Below, one piece after another: positions 1 to 13,863 of a stretch of 64,000 bases of DNA. Both the position numbers and the translations under genes were made by a program. How positions within the stretch are numbered: the first letter of the stretch is position 1; the number at the start of each line of letters is the position of its first letter. A model generated the notes under the pieces. That model saw only the letters and a program-made list of their open reading frames with translations, did no database searches and had not been told where the DNA came from. The stretch comes from the human T2T-CHM13v2.0 reference genome, Homo sapiens, in the NCBI RefSeq assembly GCF_009914755.1, contig NC_060925.1; one strand, 5' to 3'.

Positions 1-505
1 AAGGATGCTTTATCACAGCTGAACCAATGAAAGAAGCTTGCAAGAAAGTTACACACTGACTGATTATGGTCATGATTAAGTTAACTGGTCCACTCTCATA
101 GCTACTGATGGTAAAAGGTAGATACAATATTCTAAGAATGAAACAACAATTATAAGCATCATTAATCAAATACCCATAAAGAATTGTATTGATATAATCA
201 TAATGAAAACAGACCATCAGCTGAGGATGATTACCTTAGCTAGTTTCAAAGCACAATTTTCAAATTTCTATTCTCTCAGATAACTAGGGTTAATTGTAAT
301 TCCATTCTCTTATGACAGAAGGTAGAAATTTATTCACTCAGTTATTGGCTGCCTAAATAACTCTAAGCAGATGAAAAAAAAATGATCCCTACCTTCTAAA
401 GAATAATCTAGTCAGGGGAAATAATCAAATGACAATTACAGTAATGTGACAAGATAGTTATACGCACACTGCAGGAAAATCAGGAGAGCCAAAAAAGCTA
501 AGACC

Positions 506-810
506 AGACAGACGCAGTGGCTCACACCTATAACCCCAGCACTTTGGGAGGCCTAGGCGGGCAGATCACCTGAGGTCAGGAGTTTGAGACCAGCCTGGCC
601 AACATATAGTGAAACCCCGTCTCTACTAAAAAACATACAAAAATTAGCTGGGCGTAGTGGCATATGCCTATAATTCCAGCTACTTGGGAAGCTGAGGCAG
701 GAGAATCACTTGAATCCAGGCGGTGGAGGTTGCAGTGAGTTTAGATCACACCACTCTACTCCAGTCTGGGCAATAGAGCGAGACTCTGTTTCTCAAAAAA
801 AAAAAAAAAA
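506..810 (+). mobile_element. AluS
   Basis: Dimeric Alu with A tail. Confidence 0.9.
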
Positions 811-881
811 TACCAATTTTTCTGATGCATTTCAATTACTATCATGATTACATAACAATAAGCTTTTGAAAAAGAAATAGT

Positions 882-1202
<321 letters not shown>

Positions 1203-1613
1203 TTATATTATATTTACCATCTTTAATCACCTGTAAATGGACTAGGGATATGTCAAAAATTACCTTTACTTAGTTTATTTATATTATCTGTTACCCATAT
1301 TATCTTAGTATACTAATAGCAAACAGTACGGTATAGGTACCATTTCTAAAACCTACATTAAAGAGAATTAGCGGGTAGAACTCTTTCCCTTAGTACATGA
1401 AGTTTGTCCCTGAATTCTAAAAGCAAAATTGGTATCACTGCTTTATCCAAGAATTGTAAAATTCAACTTGACTCCAATATTGCAAATGAAATTTAAAAGG
1501 CTGGCCAAAATAAAATATGTGTTTTGTGTATCTGTGTGTGTGTGTGTGTGTGTGTTTGTTCTGGAAGACTAAGTAACAGATACTGTTCTAGGTAAATAGA
1601 AAGGTAAGATACA

Positions 1614-1910
1614 GGCCAGGCATGGTGGCTCAAACCTGTAATCCCAGCACTCTGGTAGGTTGAAGTGGGAAGACTGCTTGAGCCCAGGAGTTTGGGATCA
1701 GCCTGGGCAACATGGCAAGACTCTGTCTCTATAAAAAATTGAAAAATTAGCCGAGTGTGGTGGCACATGCCTATAGTCCCAGCTACTCAGGAGGCTGAGG
1801 CAGGAGGAGCTCCTGAGCCCAGGAGCTTGAGGCTGCAGTGAGCTGTGTTCACTTCACTGCACTCCAGCCTATGCGAGAGCGAGACCCTGTCGCCAAAATA
1901 AAATAAAACA
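1614..1910 (+). mobile_element. AluJ
   Basis: Dimeric Alu. Confidence 0.85.
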
Positions 1911-2027
1911 AAACATCATGTACATGGAAAGAGAGAGAGAAAGATTTTGAATGAACATACTAGTGAGAGATCATAAAAGAAAAATGTCAAATTTCACATT
2001 TTAAAATGTTATAAAAATAACATTTTA

Positions 2028-2332
2028 TGTCGGGTGCAGTGGCTCAGTTCTGTAAGCCCAGCACTCTGAGAGGCCAAGATGGGAAGATCATTTCAGTTCA
2101 GGAGTTCGAGATCAGCATGGGCAACACGGTGAAACCTCGTCTCTACCAAAACTACAAAAATCAGCCGGCCATGGTGGTGCACTCCTGTGGTCCCAGCTAC
2201 TCAGGAGGCTGAGATGAGAGGATCATGGAAGCCCAGGAAGTCAAGACTGCAGTGAGCCATGATTGGGCCACTGCACTCCAACCTGGGTGACAGAGTGAAA
2301 CCCTGTCTCAAAAAAATAAATAAATAAATAAT
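2028..2332 (+). mobile_element. AluJ
   Basis: Dimeric Alu with (TAAA)n tail. Confidence 0.85.
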
Positions 2333-3705
2333 AAACATTTTTATTAAAATGTTATAAGGATAACATTTTAAAAGACAAAATGGACAGAAAACACTTAATG
2401 TTTTGTTCTTTATCATTGTTATTAAACAAAGAAACAAAAATATTTCTTTCCCACCCCAGAAGGACTATAACACAACTACTTGGCATTTAACCATGACTGC
2501 ATAGAAAACAGGGCAATAAAAAGACAGAAGGCTAGAGAATAGAAACATAAGACAATTCCATAAACATTAGTCTGGTCTTCTAGAAGACCAGATTGAGACT
2601 AGATAAATTGTTTTTAGGGATAAATTAATCTAATGTTTTTCAAACTTCATGAGGTTGTGATGAAACCTTGGTGTGTGGATATTTATTCATCAGAATCTCA
2701 CCTGACAACAAGAAGTAGAAATGTCAGAGTTGACAAAAATAAAAGATGTCTACTATGAAACACATTTCTGTCCATGATCTGTATTCCTGCATTCTAAATT
2801 CCAGAGTTCTGCCAAACAGTTTATAAATTATTCTAAAAGATTTATCCTATTTTACCGTAAACAACAGAAATACCTCATACTTCACAGCAATTTATACTTA
2901 GTAAGTGCTCTCAAATAAACAACTGTGTTACAAGAATCAAGTTATATATACTGTATTTTAATCTTTTTCATTTATTGAAGTATCCTTTCATTAGTATATA
3001 TTATAATAGTAACACAATAAAAGAAGACCTACTGATATTTAGAATACATCTATAAGCCCAGTGACCACCTGAGTCAACCAACTCACTACCTTTAAGAAAG
3101 CATTTCCTTTTGTTAAAAGCAGCTCAGTAGGACTGCTTTTTGGACAACAGTATTCTTCTAAAAATGCCAAGGACCAGATCAGCACAAGCAAAGTAACCTG
3201 TATCAAATTCTGATTCAAACCTCTTTATATTTTTGATATTCTTCAAAAACCCTACAAACTTCCCTTGCTTAAATTCATACTACGTTCTGAATACAAAGTA
3301 TCAGAAGGAATTCTGTATTTGCAATTAAGACATTTGTTCAAAGAGGAAATTTACCTTATATTTTTCCTTTTTAATATTCCTCATGCTAAATATAATAGTT
3401 GTGCATTTGATTATACATTCCAGAAGACAGAATTTGTGGCCGCTCATTTCATATTGTACTTACTACAGTAAACTAAACACATAGCAAGCAATCAAATAAG
3501 TCGATTGATCACATAAATAAAAATAATACACGTTTACTGAGTTTTGGTAGATTATCCAGAGTAGAGGACCTAAGACCACAAGAAATGCCATGAGTCATTC
3601 CAATCATCAACCTACCTCATACTTACCTTCAAAGGAAGCATATGAAGAAATTATAGTAAAATTGCAACTACAGATGTGTAAACTGGCAAATGTATTACTT
3701 TGTTT

Positions 3706-4007
3706 CATTTTTGTTAGAGATTGGGTCTCAACTCTGTCACCTAGGCTGGAATGCAGTGGCCCAATCTCCCCTCTCTGCTCACTGCAAACCCCGCCTCCTG
3801 AGCTCAAGCAATCCTCCCACCTCAGCCTCCCAAGTAGTTGGGACCACACACACATGCCACCATGTCAGGCTAATTTTTTGTACATTTTGTAGAGATGGGG
3901 TTTTGCCATGTTGCCCAGGCTGGTCTTGAACTCCTGAGCTCAAGCAATCTACCTGCCTCAGCCTCCCAAAGTGTTGGGATTACAGGCGTAAGCCACTGCA
4001 CCTGGCC
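3706..4007 (-). mobile_element. AluJ
   Basis: Dimeric Alu, TSD TGTATTACTTTG. Confidence 0.85.
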
Positions 4008-4334
4008 TCAACTGTATTACTTTGAATTGCAGTGTACAGTAAAGGAGACTTTTCATTTATTTCTATAAAGTAAATAATTAAAGACAAGGCAATATTGTAG
4101 ATACCAGTGAAGCTCAAAATCTATAAGGCAAATCCATATTATATAAATATTTAAGGTATAAGAATATTCAAACCAATTTGAAGCTAAATTTGTTTTGTAT
4201 TTCATAAAACTACTCAATGATATAAATGACATGAAGAAATGTATACAGGGATGCCATTGCATGCTGCCAACTAGCATAGGATCATAGCAGAACAATTTTT
4301 CACAAAGAATATATGTGATGTTATGCCACACAGA

Positions 4335-7070
4335 TAATTTATTAAATACACATTTATCAAGTATCTAATATGTGCCAGGCACTGCATTAGGTACTGTGGA
4401 TACAATGGCCTTTGTCCTCATAGCAATTACAGTTTTGTTGAGGAGAGAGACATTACCCTGATGACCATAATCATATATAGGTAAAACTGCAGTTGTGACA
4501 ACCACTCTAAGGAGAGGTATGTGGATAAATCATAAACTATGATAGGAAGATTTGGCCCTGTCTGGGAGACTGGATAAGGCTTTGAGATCTGAAGAATGAG
4601 TAGGAGTTTACTAAACAAAATGAGAAGGGAAACTTATCGCAGGTAGGAGGAACAACAGATACAAAGTGCCTGTAGTAGGAAACCATAAGACTAGCCCAGA
4701 GGACAGAAAAAAGGCATGAATGAATAGAGAATAGGGAGCAAGAGAGAATATGATACAAGATGTAGCCAGGAGAAGGGAGGGTGGTACTGTGCTGTGCTGG
4801 ACCTTACAGGCCACATGTTTATCCTAAAGCAATGTGAAGAAATTGAAAGGTTTTAAGAAAGACAAGTAACATAATCAGATTTGTGTTTTAAAAAATTACC
4901 CTAGATGCATTATAGGGGGCAAATTTGAGTGGCTGCAGATGGACCAGAGAGGAGGTTACTGCAGCAGATTAAATGAAATATAATAGAAGTTTAGACTAGG
5001 TGGTGATGGGAGAAATGAAGAGATGTGAAATGATCTGAAAACTATTCAGGAAAACAACAATAGGGCTTGGTAATGGACTGCATATATGGGGCAAAAGAAG
5101 AAAGCATTCAAGTCAACAAATGTTTGTTAAACATTTACTATGTGCCAGTCAGTGTTCTAGGTAAACAGGATACATAGGTAAACAACAACAAAGAACCGTG
5201 CCCTAGTGGAGTTTTCATTCTAGCAGGTAGAAATACACAATAAGCAATAACATGATAAATAAGTAAATCATACAGTATATTAGAAAGTAATAAAAGCAAC
5301 AGAAAAAATAGAACAGGGTAAGGAATATTAGGAGTAGGGGAGATGGGCAGGTTGCAGTTTTATTTTATTTTTATTTTTTTTGAGACAAGAGTCTTGCACT
5401 GTTGGCCAAGCTGGAGTGCAGTGATGCAATCTCGGCTCACTGCAACCTCCGCCTCCCAGGTTGAAGCAATTCTCCTGCCTCAGCCTCCCAGGTAGCTGGG
5501 ATTACAGGCATGTGCCACCACGCCCAGCTAATTTTTGTATTTTTAGTGGAGACGGGGTTTCACTATGTTGGTCAGGCTGGTCTCGAAGGCCTGACCTCGT
5601 GATCCACCCACCTCAGCCTCCCAAAGTGCTGGGATTACAGGCCTGAGCCACCGCGCCCTGCCTTGCAGTTTTAAATAGAGTGGTCAACTTAAGAGTCAGA
5701 GGTGATGTTGGAACAAAGATTTGAAGAAGGTAATAGGATTAGCCCAGCACATATTGTAGGGAAGAACATTTCTAAGCAGAAGGAATCACCACTAGAAAGG
5801 TCCCAGCACAAGAGTATGGCTAGTATGTGTAAAGAACAGCAAGCTGGACAGTGTGGGTGAAGCAGGGTAAGTGAGAAGAAAGAATATCAGAATGGTAAAA
5901 AGGAAGCATCTGTAGGATGCTGGCTTTTCTGCTGAGTGAAAGGGACATGATCAAATAGGCTTTTAAAAAGATTATTCTGGCTGTCATCTTGAGAACAGAC
6001 TTCAGGGAGACAGGAACACTTGTTGGAAACTACTGCAATAATCCATGCAAAAGATCATGGTGCTTAGACCACAGTGGTTAACACTGGAGCTAATGAAAAG
6101 TGGTCAGATTCTGGATATCGGAAGCTTTCTGAACCTTTACTGGTTTGGGGTGTTTCTTCAAAAAGGAAACCCAACAGTATCTGCAGACAGACTAGATGTG
6201 GGTTGTAAGAAGAGTAAAAGATAACTACACAAGAATTATGGCCTGAGCAAGTGGAAGGACAGAAATGCCATTGACCAAGATAAAGAAGGCTACAAATGAC
6301 ACAGGCTTAGACATGAGGAACAAGTATTCAATTTGGGACGTGTTGGGACTGAGCTGTCCACCAAACATTCTAGCTGACATAACAAATTGATGCGTGGATA
6401 TATGAATCTTGTATTAAGAAGAGAGGGCCACAGACATAAATTTGGGAGTCACTGGCCAATACAGCCAAAAGATAAGTTCACCAAGGAAGTGAATGTAGAG
6501 AAAAAAACTAAATTTTGTGTCACTCCCAACAACGGGAGGTCAAGAAATGAAACCATCAAGTAAATTGCAGAAGAATGATCAGTAAGGGCTGGGCACTGTG
6601 GTTCATGCCTGTAATCCCAGCACTTTGGGAGGCCTAGCCGGGAGGATCGCTTGAGCCCAGGAGTTTGAGATCAGCCCTGGCAACAGAACAAGACCTCATC
6701 TCTCCAAAATATCAGCCAGTCATGGTGGTGTGCATCTGTAGTCCCAGCTACTCAGAAGTCTGAGGCAGGAGGATCGCTTAAGCCTGGGAGGTCCAGGCTG
6801 CAATGAGCTCTGAGGGGTGACAGAGTGAGACCCTGTCTCAAAAAATAAATAAATAAATAAAAAATAAAAAAAGGATGACTAGTAAGATGGAGAGCAGCAA
6901 AACCGAAAGTATGGTGTCCTGGAGCCAAATTAATAAAGCATATCAAGGTTTCTGGCTTACACTACTGGAAGCATGGAGGTACCCATCACCAAGATAGGGA
7001 AATCCTGGAAGAATATCATGTTTGTGAAGGTAAAGATAACGAGTTTGGCCCAGATATGCTGAGGTACATA
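4335..7070 (-). mobile_element. L2 fragments (two 3' ends at ~4340 and ~5110) interrupted by Alus at 5358-5662 (-) and 6586-6872 (+)
   Basis: Antisense L2 tail motifs TACTATGTGCCAG / ATATGTGCCAGGCACTG followed by purine-rich L2 body. Confidence 0.7.
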
Positions 7071-7764
7071 ATCAACACTGAGTAAATTAAGGAACAGTAA
7101 GCTGTAATTTTAAAAGCCTGAGTCTGGTCTCTAATTCTTTGTTTGCTCTGTGACGTAAGTTGTCATTATCATCCTGAGGCTCAATTTTCTTTCCTATGAC
7201 ATGGAGGTAATATTTATACGAGTAACCACAAATGGTTGCTGTGTAGATCAAATATGGTAATTTAAGAAAAAAAACTTCAAACCCCTATGAAGATATAAGA
7301 AAAAGTCACAGAATACAGAAAGTTGTAGGAATTCTAAGAAACAAAAGTTATATTTAATCCTTATAAGGAAAAAAAGAAGAGAGAAAACTAAATCAGGCCT
7401 ATAAGGAACCATTCACCCTGTACCTTTAGCTGAGTCCTGTGGAATTCCTGCTTTATTTCAAAGGTAACAAACCCTTCTTGTTTTTAATCTTTTCCTTAAA
7501 CACCTCTTCAACTTTCTAACCCAACTGAAACTCGGCTTATCTCTGAAGACACCACTTACCTTGACACCAGTCATAATGACATATCATCCTCCAAACATGC
7601 CTTAAATGTTAAGATTTCCATATTTTTGCTCATATGTTATTTCTTTACCTGGAATTTCCTTTCCCCATTTCATTCTCTATCCAAATTCTAACTATCCACA
7701 AGGAACTGCAAGGCCATCAGCATTATGAAGGCTACCATGGTTCCTCACAACTGAATGAAGCCTC

Positions 7765-8044
7765 TTCTTCTTTTTTTTTTAAAGACAAGTCTCACTATTG
7801 CCCAGGAGGCAGTGTAGTGACACCATCGTGGCCCACTGTAGCCTCAATCTCCTGGGCTCAAGGGATCCTCATGCCTCAGTCTCCCAAATAGCTGGGACTA
7901 TAGGTGTGTACCACCATACCCAGCTAATTTTTTCTGTAGGGACGAGGTCTCCCTATGTTGCCCAGGCTGGTGTCAAACCCCTAAGTTCAGTCCTGCCTCA
8001 GCCTTCCAAAGTGCTGGGATTAACAGGAGTAAGCCACTGCGCCA
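7765..8044 (-). mobile_element. AluJ
   Basis: Dimeric Alu. Confidence 0.85.
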
Positions 8045-8272
8045 GATTGAACCTCTTCTTTAGAACCACCACAGCACATAACATGTATCTGCTACGCCCC
8101 TCACTTCCCTCTAGTTGGTATTACACATTTTGCATAAAAGTCTTCTATTTCTAAATAGGCTTCAAGTCAGGTTCATCTTTGTATCAGCTGGTGCTCTTAA
8201 AATATTTATTGTGAACATGGACTTAATGAGCTTGACGTGTTGAAATTATTTCTAATGTGTTGCCATACTCAC

Positions 8273-8350
8273 ATTTTTTACTCTGTTTTTCCACTTCTGC
8301 CTTCAGTCTCTTGTACTTGTCTGTCCTGTAAACCAGGACCCAGGTTATGC
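8273..8350 (-). CDS. TMCO1: TMCO1 exon 2 (G-ITWVLVYRTDKYKRLKAEVEKQSKK-L)
   Basis: Acceptor TTTTAG|GC at 8351/8350 and donor AAAT|GTGAGT at 8273/8272; 78 nt, phase 1/1, continuing the exon 1 frame. Confidence 0.97.
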
Positions 8351-8562
8351 CTAAAACATTAAAAGCAACATGTTAATAGAGAAATGACTGGAATGATCAC
8401 AACAAACAAAGTGGTTACTGTTGGAGAAGGAGGAATTCCAACTTTTCGCTTTGTATTTACCCATAGTTAACTTTTTTCAAAGGCTAATACAACTGACTCT
8501 TCAGCCAAAACAACAGTAACATGATGTGAAGGTGTCTCCACAAATACGCAAGTGAAATCTAC

Positions 8563-8596
8563 CTGAGACCAAAGAAAACTCGGCAATCGACTCCAT
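8563..8596 (-). CDS. TMCO1: Candidate alternative TMCO1 first coding exon (MESIAEFSLVS-G) inside intron 1
   Basis: Strong Kozak AGTATGG at 8596 and donor TCAG|GTAGAT at 8563/8562; 34 nt, phase 1, compatible with exon 2. Confidence 0.55.
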
Positions 8597-8762
8597 ACTC
8601 CCCTCCTGCTCCTGTTCACGAGTTGCCCAGAGATTCCCTGAAGTGGAGTAGATGAGCCTCTCAAGCAAGTAAGGCTCGCGATCTTTCCCCTGGTGGCACA
8701 GGGGACCCCGGGGCCCTTCCTCCCGGGGACTGATCAAACGTCTGAGAAATACCCGCTCTCAC

Positions 8763-8832
8763 CCTCTGCGAGCAGAGCCGTGCACACAGAGATAAAAACG
8801 ATGAGGAGAGTGTCCGCGAACATAGTGCTCAT
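8763..8832 (-). CDS. TMCO1: TMCO1 exon 1 coding part (MSTMFADTLLIVFISVCTALLAE-G), ER transmembrane and coiled-coil domain protein 1
   Basis: Translation matches the known TMCO1 N-terminus. ATG at 8832 (GAGATGA). Donor GAG G|GTGAGA at 8763/8762; 70 nt, phase 1. Confidence 0.97.
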
Positions 8833-8985
8833 CTCGCACCTTCGTCTCTGCACTCTCACCCGCCAGGGGGAAAGCGCTCTACAGCCAGGAAAAGTGAAGC
8901 GAAAACGGCTTCCGTAGACTCCGCCACCACCGAGTAACAGACCAACTCTGACAGCCCGAAGATCGCACTTCCGCTTCCGGGGCAT
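8833..8985 (-). CDS. TMCO1: In-frame 51-aa N-terminal extension of the long TMCO1 isoform (MPRKRKCDLRAVRVG...RRRCE); 5'UTR if the downstream ATG is used
   Basis: ATG at 8985 is in frame with the ATG at 8832 with no stop between them; matches the recalled 239-aa isoform start. Confidence 0.7.
8966..8980 (-). promoter_or_regulatory. Tandem ETS/GABPA sites CCGGAAGCGGAAGTG
   Basis: Plus strand CACTTCCGCTTCCGG; a further CCGGAA at 8990-8995. Confidence 0.8.
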
Positions 8986-9086
8986 AGCACCGGAAAGGCT
9001 CGTATCGGAGAACGGTGTGGCCACGAGAGTCTAGAGGAAACCAACCCGCAACTCACTGGAGCTGAAGGGCTGGTAGTCAGGCCGAA

Positions 9087-9096
9087 TCTCGCGAGA
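9087..9096. promoter_or_regulatory. TCTCGCGAGA palindrome (BANP / CGCG element)
   Basis: Exact 10-bp palindrome within the CpG island. Confidence 0.8.
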
Positions 9097-10050
9097 ATTG
9101 GAACTATTTCAGAGCCAGAGGAGGATAGTGGCGGCGGCGAACTTTGCCCGGTAGTTTTTACTGACTGGGGTGCTGGCGCGCGCCTTTTTCTCGGCCAGAA
9201 TCCAGTTATTGGGATAGTCTTGACTTCTACCTCAGCCCAACTTCTGTGGTCGTAATATTAGTTTAGCTTGGGTTTGCCGTGAAGTAAGAAGACTGACTTC
9301 CGCAAACGTACTGAACGACTGGGTGTAGGTGCCAGGGCATGGACGTGAAGCTGGAACCGCGAAATGAGTTAGTTGTGGGCCGCTGGCCTCAAGGAGCGAA
9401 CGTCAGCGCGAAGAGGAGAAGCTTGTGCATACGCTCTGATAAGGGTTTTAATAGAGGTATTACCACAGTGCTGCGTGACACGGTTGAGAGAGTGGTCAGA
9501 AGAAGCTAATGAAAGGAATTGAAGCAGTGCCTTAGGGGAGTAGGAGTACTTTTGGAGATAGCAAAGGACTTTCTAGGCAAAGTGGAAGTCAAAGCACGGA
9601 TGCCTGAAAATTCATAGTGTGATAGTGCAGTGAGTAATGTATCTAGAGAAGGGGTCTTAAACCCAGATGCCTAGACTGGCGAGAGAAAATAAATTATCTT
9701 ATGCAAGCTGAGCCTAAACAAATGGTGGAAGTTACTACGATGGATAAGTGAGCATTAAGTTCATCTGAAAGGAGAATTTGATACCCAAATCCAACCCATT
9801 TCTCTAGGAGAATGAGCACCCAGTTTCTGAGATGTCTTCGTTTCTCAGGAAAATCCAGAAATCCTGGGTTTTATGTGAAACTTAATTTATAAGTGTTGCT
9901 AACTAATTAAAATTCAAAAATGTCTCAGCAGCGTGGTTTCAGCCATTGTAGACGGTTTCAGCTTTTTCACACTGGGGTGTGTGTGTGTATGGGTGAAAAC
10001 CTGGAAGCTGGCTGAGCTGTATCCTCTTGTACTTCCTCCTATCATTGGTG

Positions 10051-10343
10051 TTTTTTTGTTTGTTTGAGATGGAGTTTCACTCTTGTTGCCCAGGTGGAGT
10101 GCAATGGCACAATCTCGGCTCACTGCAACCTCTGCCTCCGGGTTCAAGCCATTCTCCTGCCTCAGCCTCCCAAGTAGCTGGGACTACAGGTGCCCGTCCC
10201 CACGCCCAGCTAATTTTTTGTATTTTTAGTAGAGACGGGGTTTTGCCATGTTGGCCAGGCTGGTCTTGAACTCCTGACCTCAGATCCACCCACTTCGGCC
10301 TCCCAAAGTGCTGGGAATACAGGCGTGAGCCACCGTGGCCGGC
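10051..10343 (-). mobile_element. AluS
   Basis: Dimeric Alu, TSD-like TCATTGGT. Confidence 0.9.
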
Positions 10344-10789
10344 CCTCATTGGTTCTTTTAAACTGTACTGCACTTAAATATATAATTCTCCTAAACACTA
10401 CTTTTGACTTTTTTTTAGCTTTATGTGCATTTCTTGTCTCCTAGACTTAGCAACAGAGACCCTGTCTCCTTTTTAAGAAACATTATTGAGCTTCTACTGT
10501 ATGTCAAGAACTGTGGTAGGCACTGTAGGGTCAAAAGGATGGTTAAGAGAATATTCCTGACTTCTAAGGGCCCAGGGAGATTATATAATATAATAAGATT
10601 ATAGGTATTATAGAGGTATTCTTAAAATGTTGAGGGGGTACAGATGAAAACAAGATGTATTCTTCCTGGGGAGTTGGAAAGGTTTCAGAAAGATCATATT
10701 TGAGCTAGACCTTTATTTGAGCAGTTCAGACAAGGATAGGTTTTTATTCACCTTTGTATCACCCAAGGTAAGTGCTGAGATAACAATAA

Positions 10790-10975
10790 GAGCATGATCT
10801 TGGAAATCAGACCTGATTTTAAATTCTTGCTCTGCCACTTACTTGACAGCAGTCCTAGAACCTATTGTTTAGCATCTTTGAGCCTTCAAAATGGTGGTAA
10901 CATCAGCTATGAAGACTGGATGAGGAAAAGTATATTATAAAGCATTTCAAGCAGTGCTTGGCACACACAATTCAT
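10790..10975 (+). mobile_element. MIR
   Basis: AAATTCTTGCTCTGCCACTTACT core and GTGCTTGGCACA tail. Confidence 0.6.
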
Positions 10976-11253
10976 CAAATTCAACATGCTATTCATTGTA
11001 AGACGCATCATTATTTTATCTACTACTAAAGAGGAAAAAATAACTAATTAAACCATGACACACCATTGATTGTAAGAAGAATCCCATTCAGAGATGTTAA
11101 AATATGAAAAAATGAGAAAATATGAAATATATTAATAAGCAGTTAAGTTATTCCTGTGTAAATGTTTACAACCATGGACTGCTAGGATACACTTCCTTTT
11201 CTAGGGTAATGATGTCATGACACTATGCCCCTTGTTTAAGAACAGTGCTAGAA

Positions 11254-11597
<344 letters not shown>

Positions 11598-11852
11598 CTA
11601 GATTCTACTAGTTTTCTTTGTTATATTCCCAAATTCTCTAAGCTCTTAGTTGTACTATCTAATTTTTAGATTTCAAAGCTTTCCCCATGAGGACTGCTCT
11701 CCCAAAGCTCACTGACCTCCTCCAATCTCTAGTACAATAGGAAGACTTTTGTCCTGGGACTTAATTTTACTATTCTCTTGAAACCACATTTTTGTTTCTA
11801 GTTTATACTTGATGTTGTGGTACATCTTCAAGTAACTTTCTGTGAAAGGTGA

Positions 11853-12392
<540 letters not shown>

Positions 12393-12489
12393 TAAATACA
12401 CATTTAATACTAAGCTAGGCATTGTAAAAGATTATAAGAGAATTATAAATACCTGCTTACACTCTGACATTTGAAACAATATGAACTTT

Positions 12490-13190
12490 ACGTTTCAATT
12501 TTAGCCCCACTGCATGTAAGCTACCTTATTTTAGCAAGTTACTTAATTTATCTGAGCCTCATTGTTTTAAATCTGTAAAGTATAAGTAAAAATATCTACC
12601 TTCAGGAATTACCGTGAGGTTTGTATAGGGTTGGGAACAAAGTTCTGGAGTCAGACTACTTGTATTCAAATCCTGGCTTCTCCATTTAACTAGATGTGCA
12701 GTTTTAGGCAAATTACTTCACCATACCATGCCTTGGTTTTTCTGGAATGTAAAATGTCATAATAGTATGTAAATTTAAAGGATTTTATTTTTAAAAAAAT
12801 ATGTAAGGAAAGTGTTTAGAAGGTACATGGTCTGTCTGTGGATATACCAGAATCAATCTATTGTGTTCTTTTCCCCAAACTCCAATATTCCCTTGTTCTC
12901 TTAATGAGTAGCACCACCATCTAACTGGTTTTCAAGCCAAAAATAAGGGAACTATCTTCAGTAACTCCCTCTTTATCTCGCGTTTACTTTGCAAGTTCCA
13001 TGGATTTCCCCCTTTTCATATCTTTTTACACATCTTTCAGTCCCCTCTACTACACTTCAATTCAGTTCATCATTATCTCCACTCGTATTACAGCTTTCTA
13101 ACTGGTCTCCAATTGTATACCCAATTTTGTCCCCTTCAGGCCATTCTTCTCATTTAGGCAGTAGTGATCTTTGTCAAATACAAAGATGAC
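12490..13190 (+). mobile_element. MIR x2 and an L2 fragment
   Basis: MIR core motifs at 12500-12620 and 12640-12820; pyrimidine-rich L2 body 12860-13190. Confidence 0.55.
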
Positions 13191-13544
13191 TGGGTGTGGA
13201 AGATTGGGAAGAAGAAGGAATTGGGGGGCAGCTCGCAGATTTTTTTCTTAGATACCTGAATGAATTCATATCAGAGAAAACAGGAGAGGAATCCGGTTTT
13301 TAGGAGAAGATTTTTTTTTTTTCCTACTGGGCTAGCAGGACTAGATGAAGACCTTCAGAAACCCTGGGCACTGAGAAGATCATAAGGTCTCTTCCCAAAT
13401 ATAATTAAAAATAAAATACTAAGGTGAAATATATTTTAATTATTATTTTTGAACTTATTTTTTCCAAATGTTTTCCCTCGAGTCTGTGCATGTGTGCCCT
13501 AAATACATGTTTCATCGGCTAGTTGGATAATCCTGTACTGTTGT

Positions 13545-13863
13545 GTTTTCTTTTAGAGATGGAATCTCGCTGTGTCACCCAGGCTGGAATGCAGTGACTC
13601 GATCATAACTCACTATGACCTCGAACTCCCAGGCTAAAGCAGTCCTCAAGCAATCCTTCCACCTCAGCCTTCTGAGTAGCTGGGAGTAGCTGATTAACTA
13701 ATGCGTGCCACCACGCCCAGCTAATTTGTGTATGTGTGTGCACAGGTGTAGAGCTAGGGGTCTTGCTATGTTGCTCAGGCTAGTCTTGAACTCCTGGCCT
13801 CAAGCAGTCTTGTCTTGACCTCTCAAACCAGTGGGACTGTAGGTGTGAGCCATTGCTCCTGGC
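13545..13863 (-). mobile_element. AluJ
   Basis: Dimeric Alu. Confidence 0.8.

Larger units (their letters stand above)
8560..9480. promoter_or_regulatory. CpG-island bidirectional promoter of TMCO1
   Basis: High CpG density against a CpG-poor background; spans exon 1; contains ETS and TCTCGCGAGA motifs. Confidence 0.9.

Noticed and set aside
8281-8282. Site of the known TMCO1 2-bp AG frameshift deletion in exon 2
   Set aside because: The sequence is intact here and the frame is normal.
8986-9024. Further 13-aa extension (MATPFSDTSLSGA) in the ORF track
   Set aside because: Starts at GTG, not ATG, in promoter sequence; no supporting evidence.
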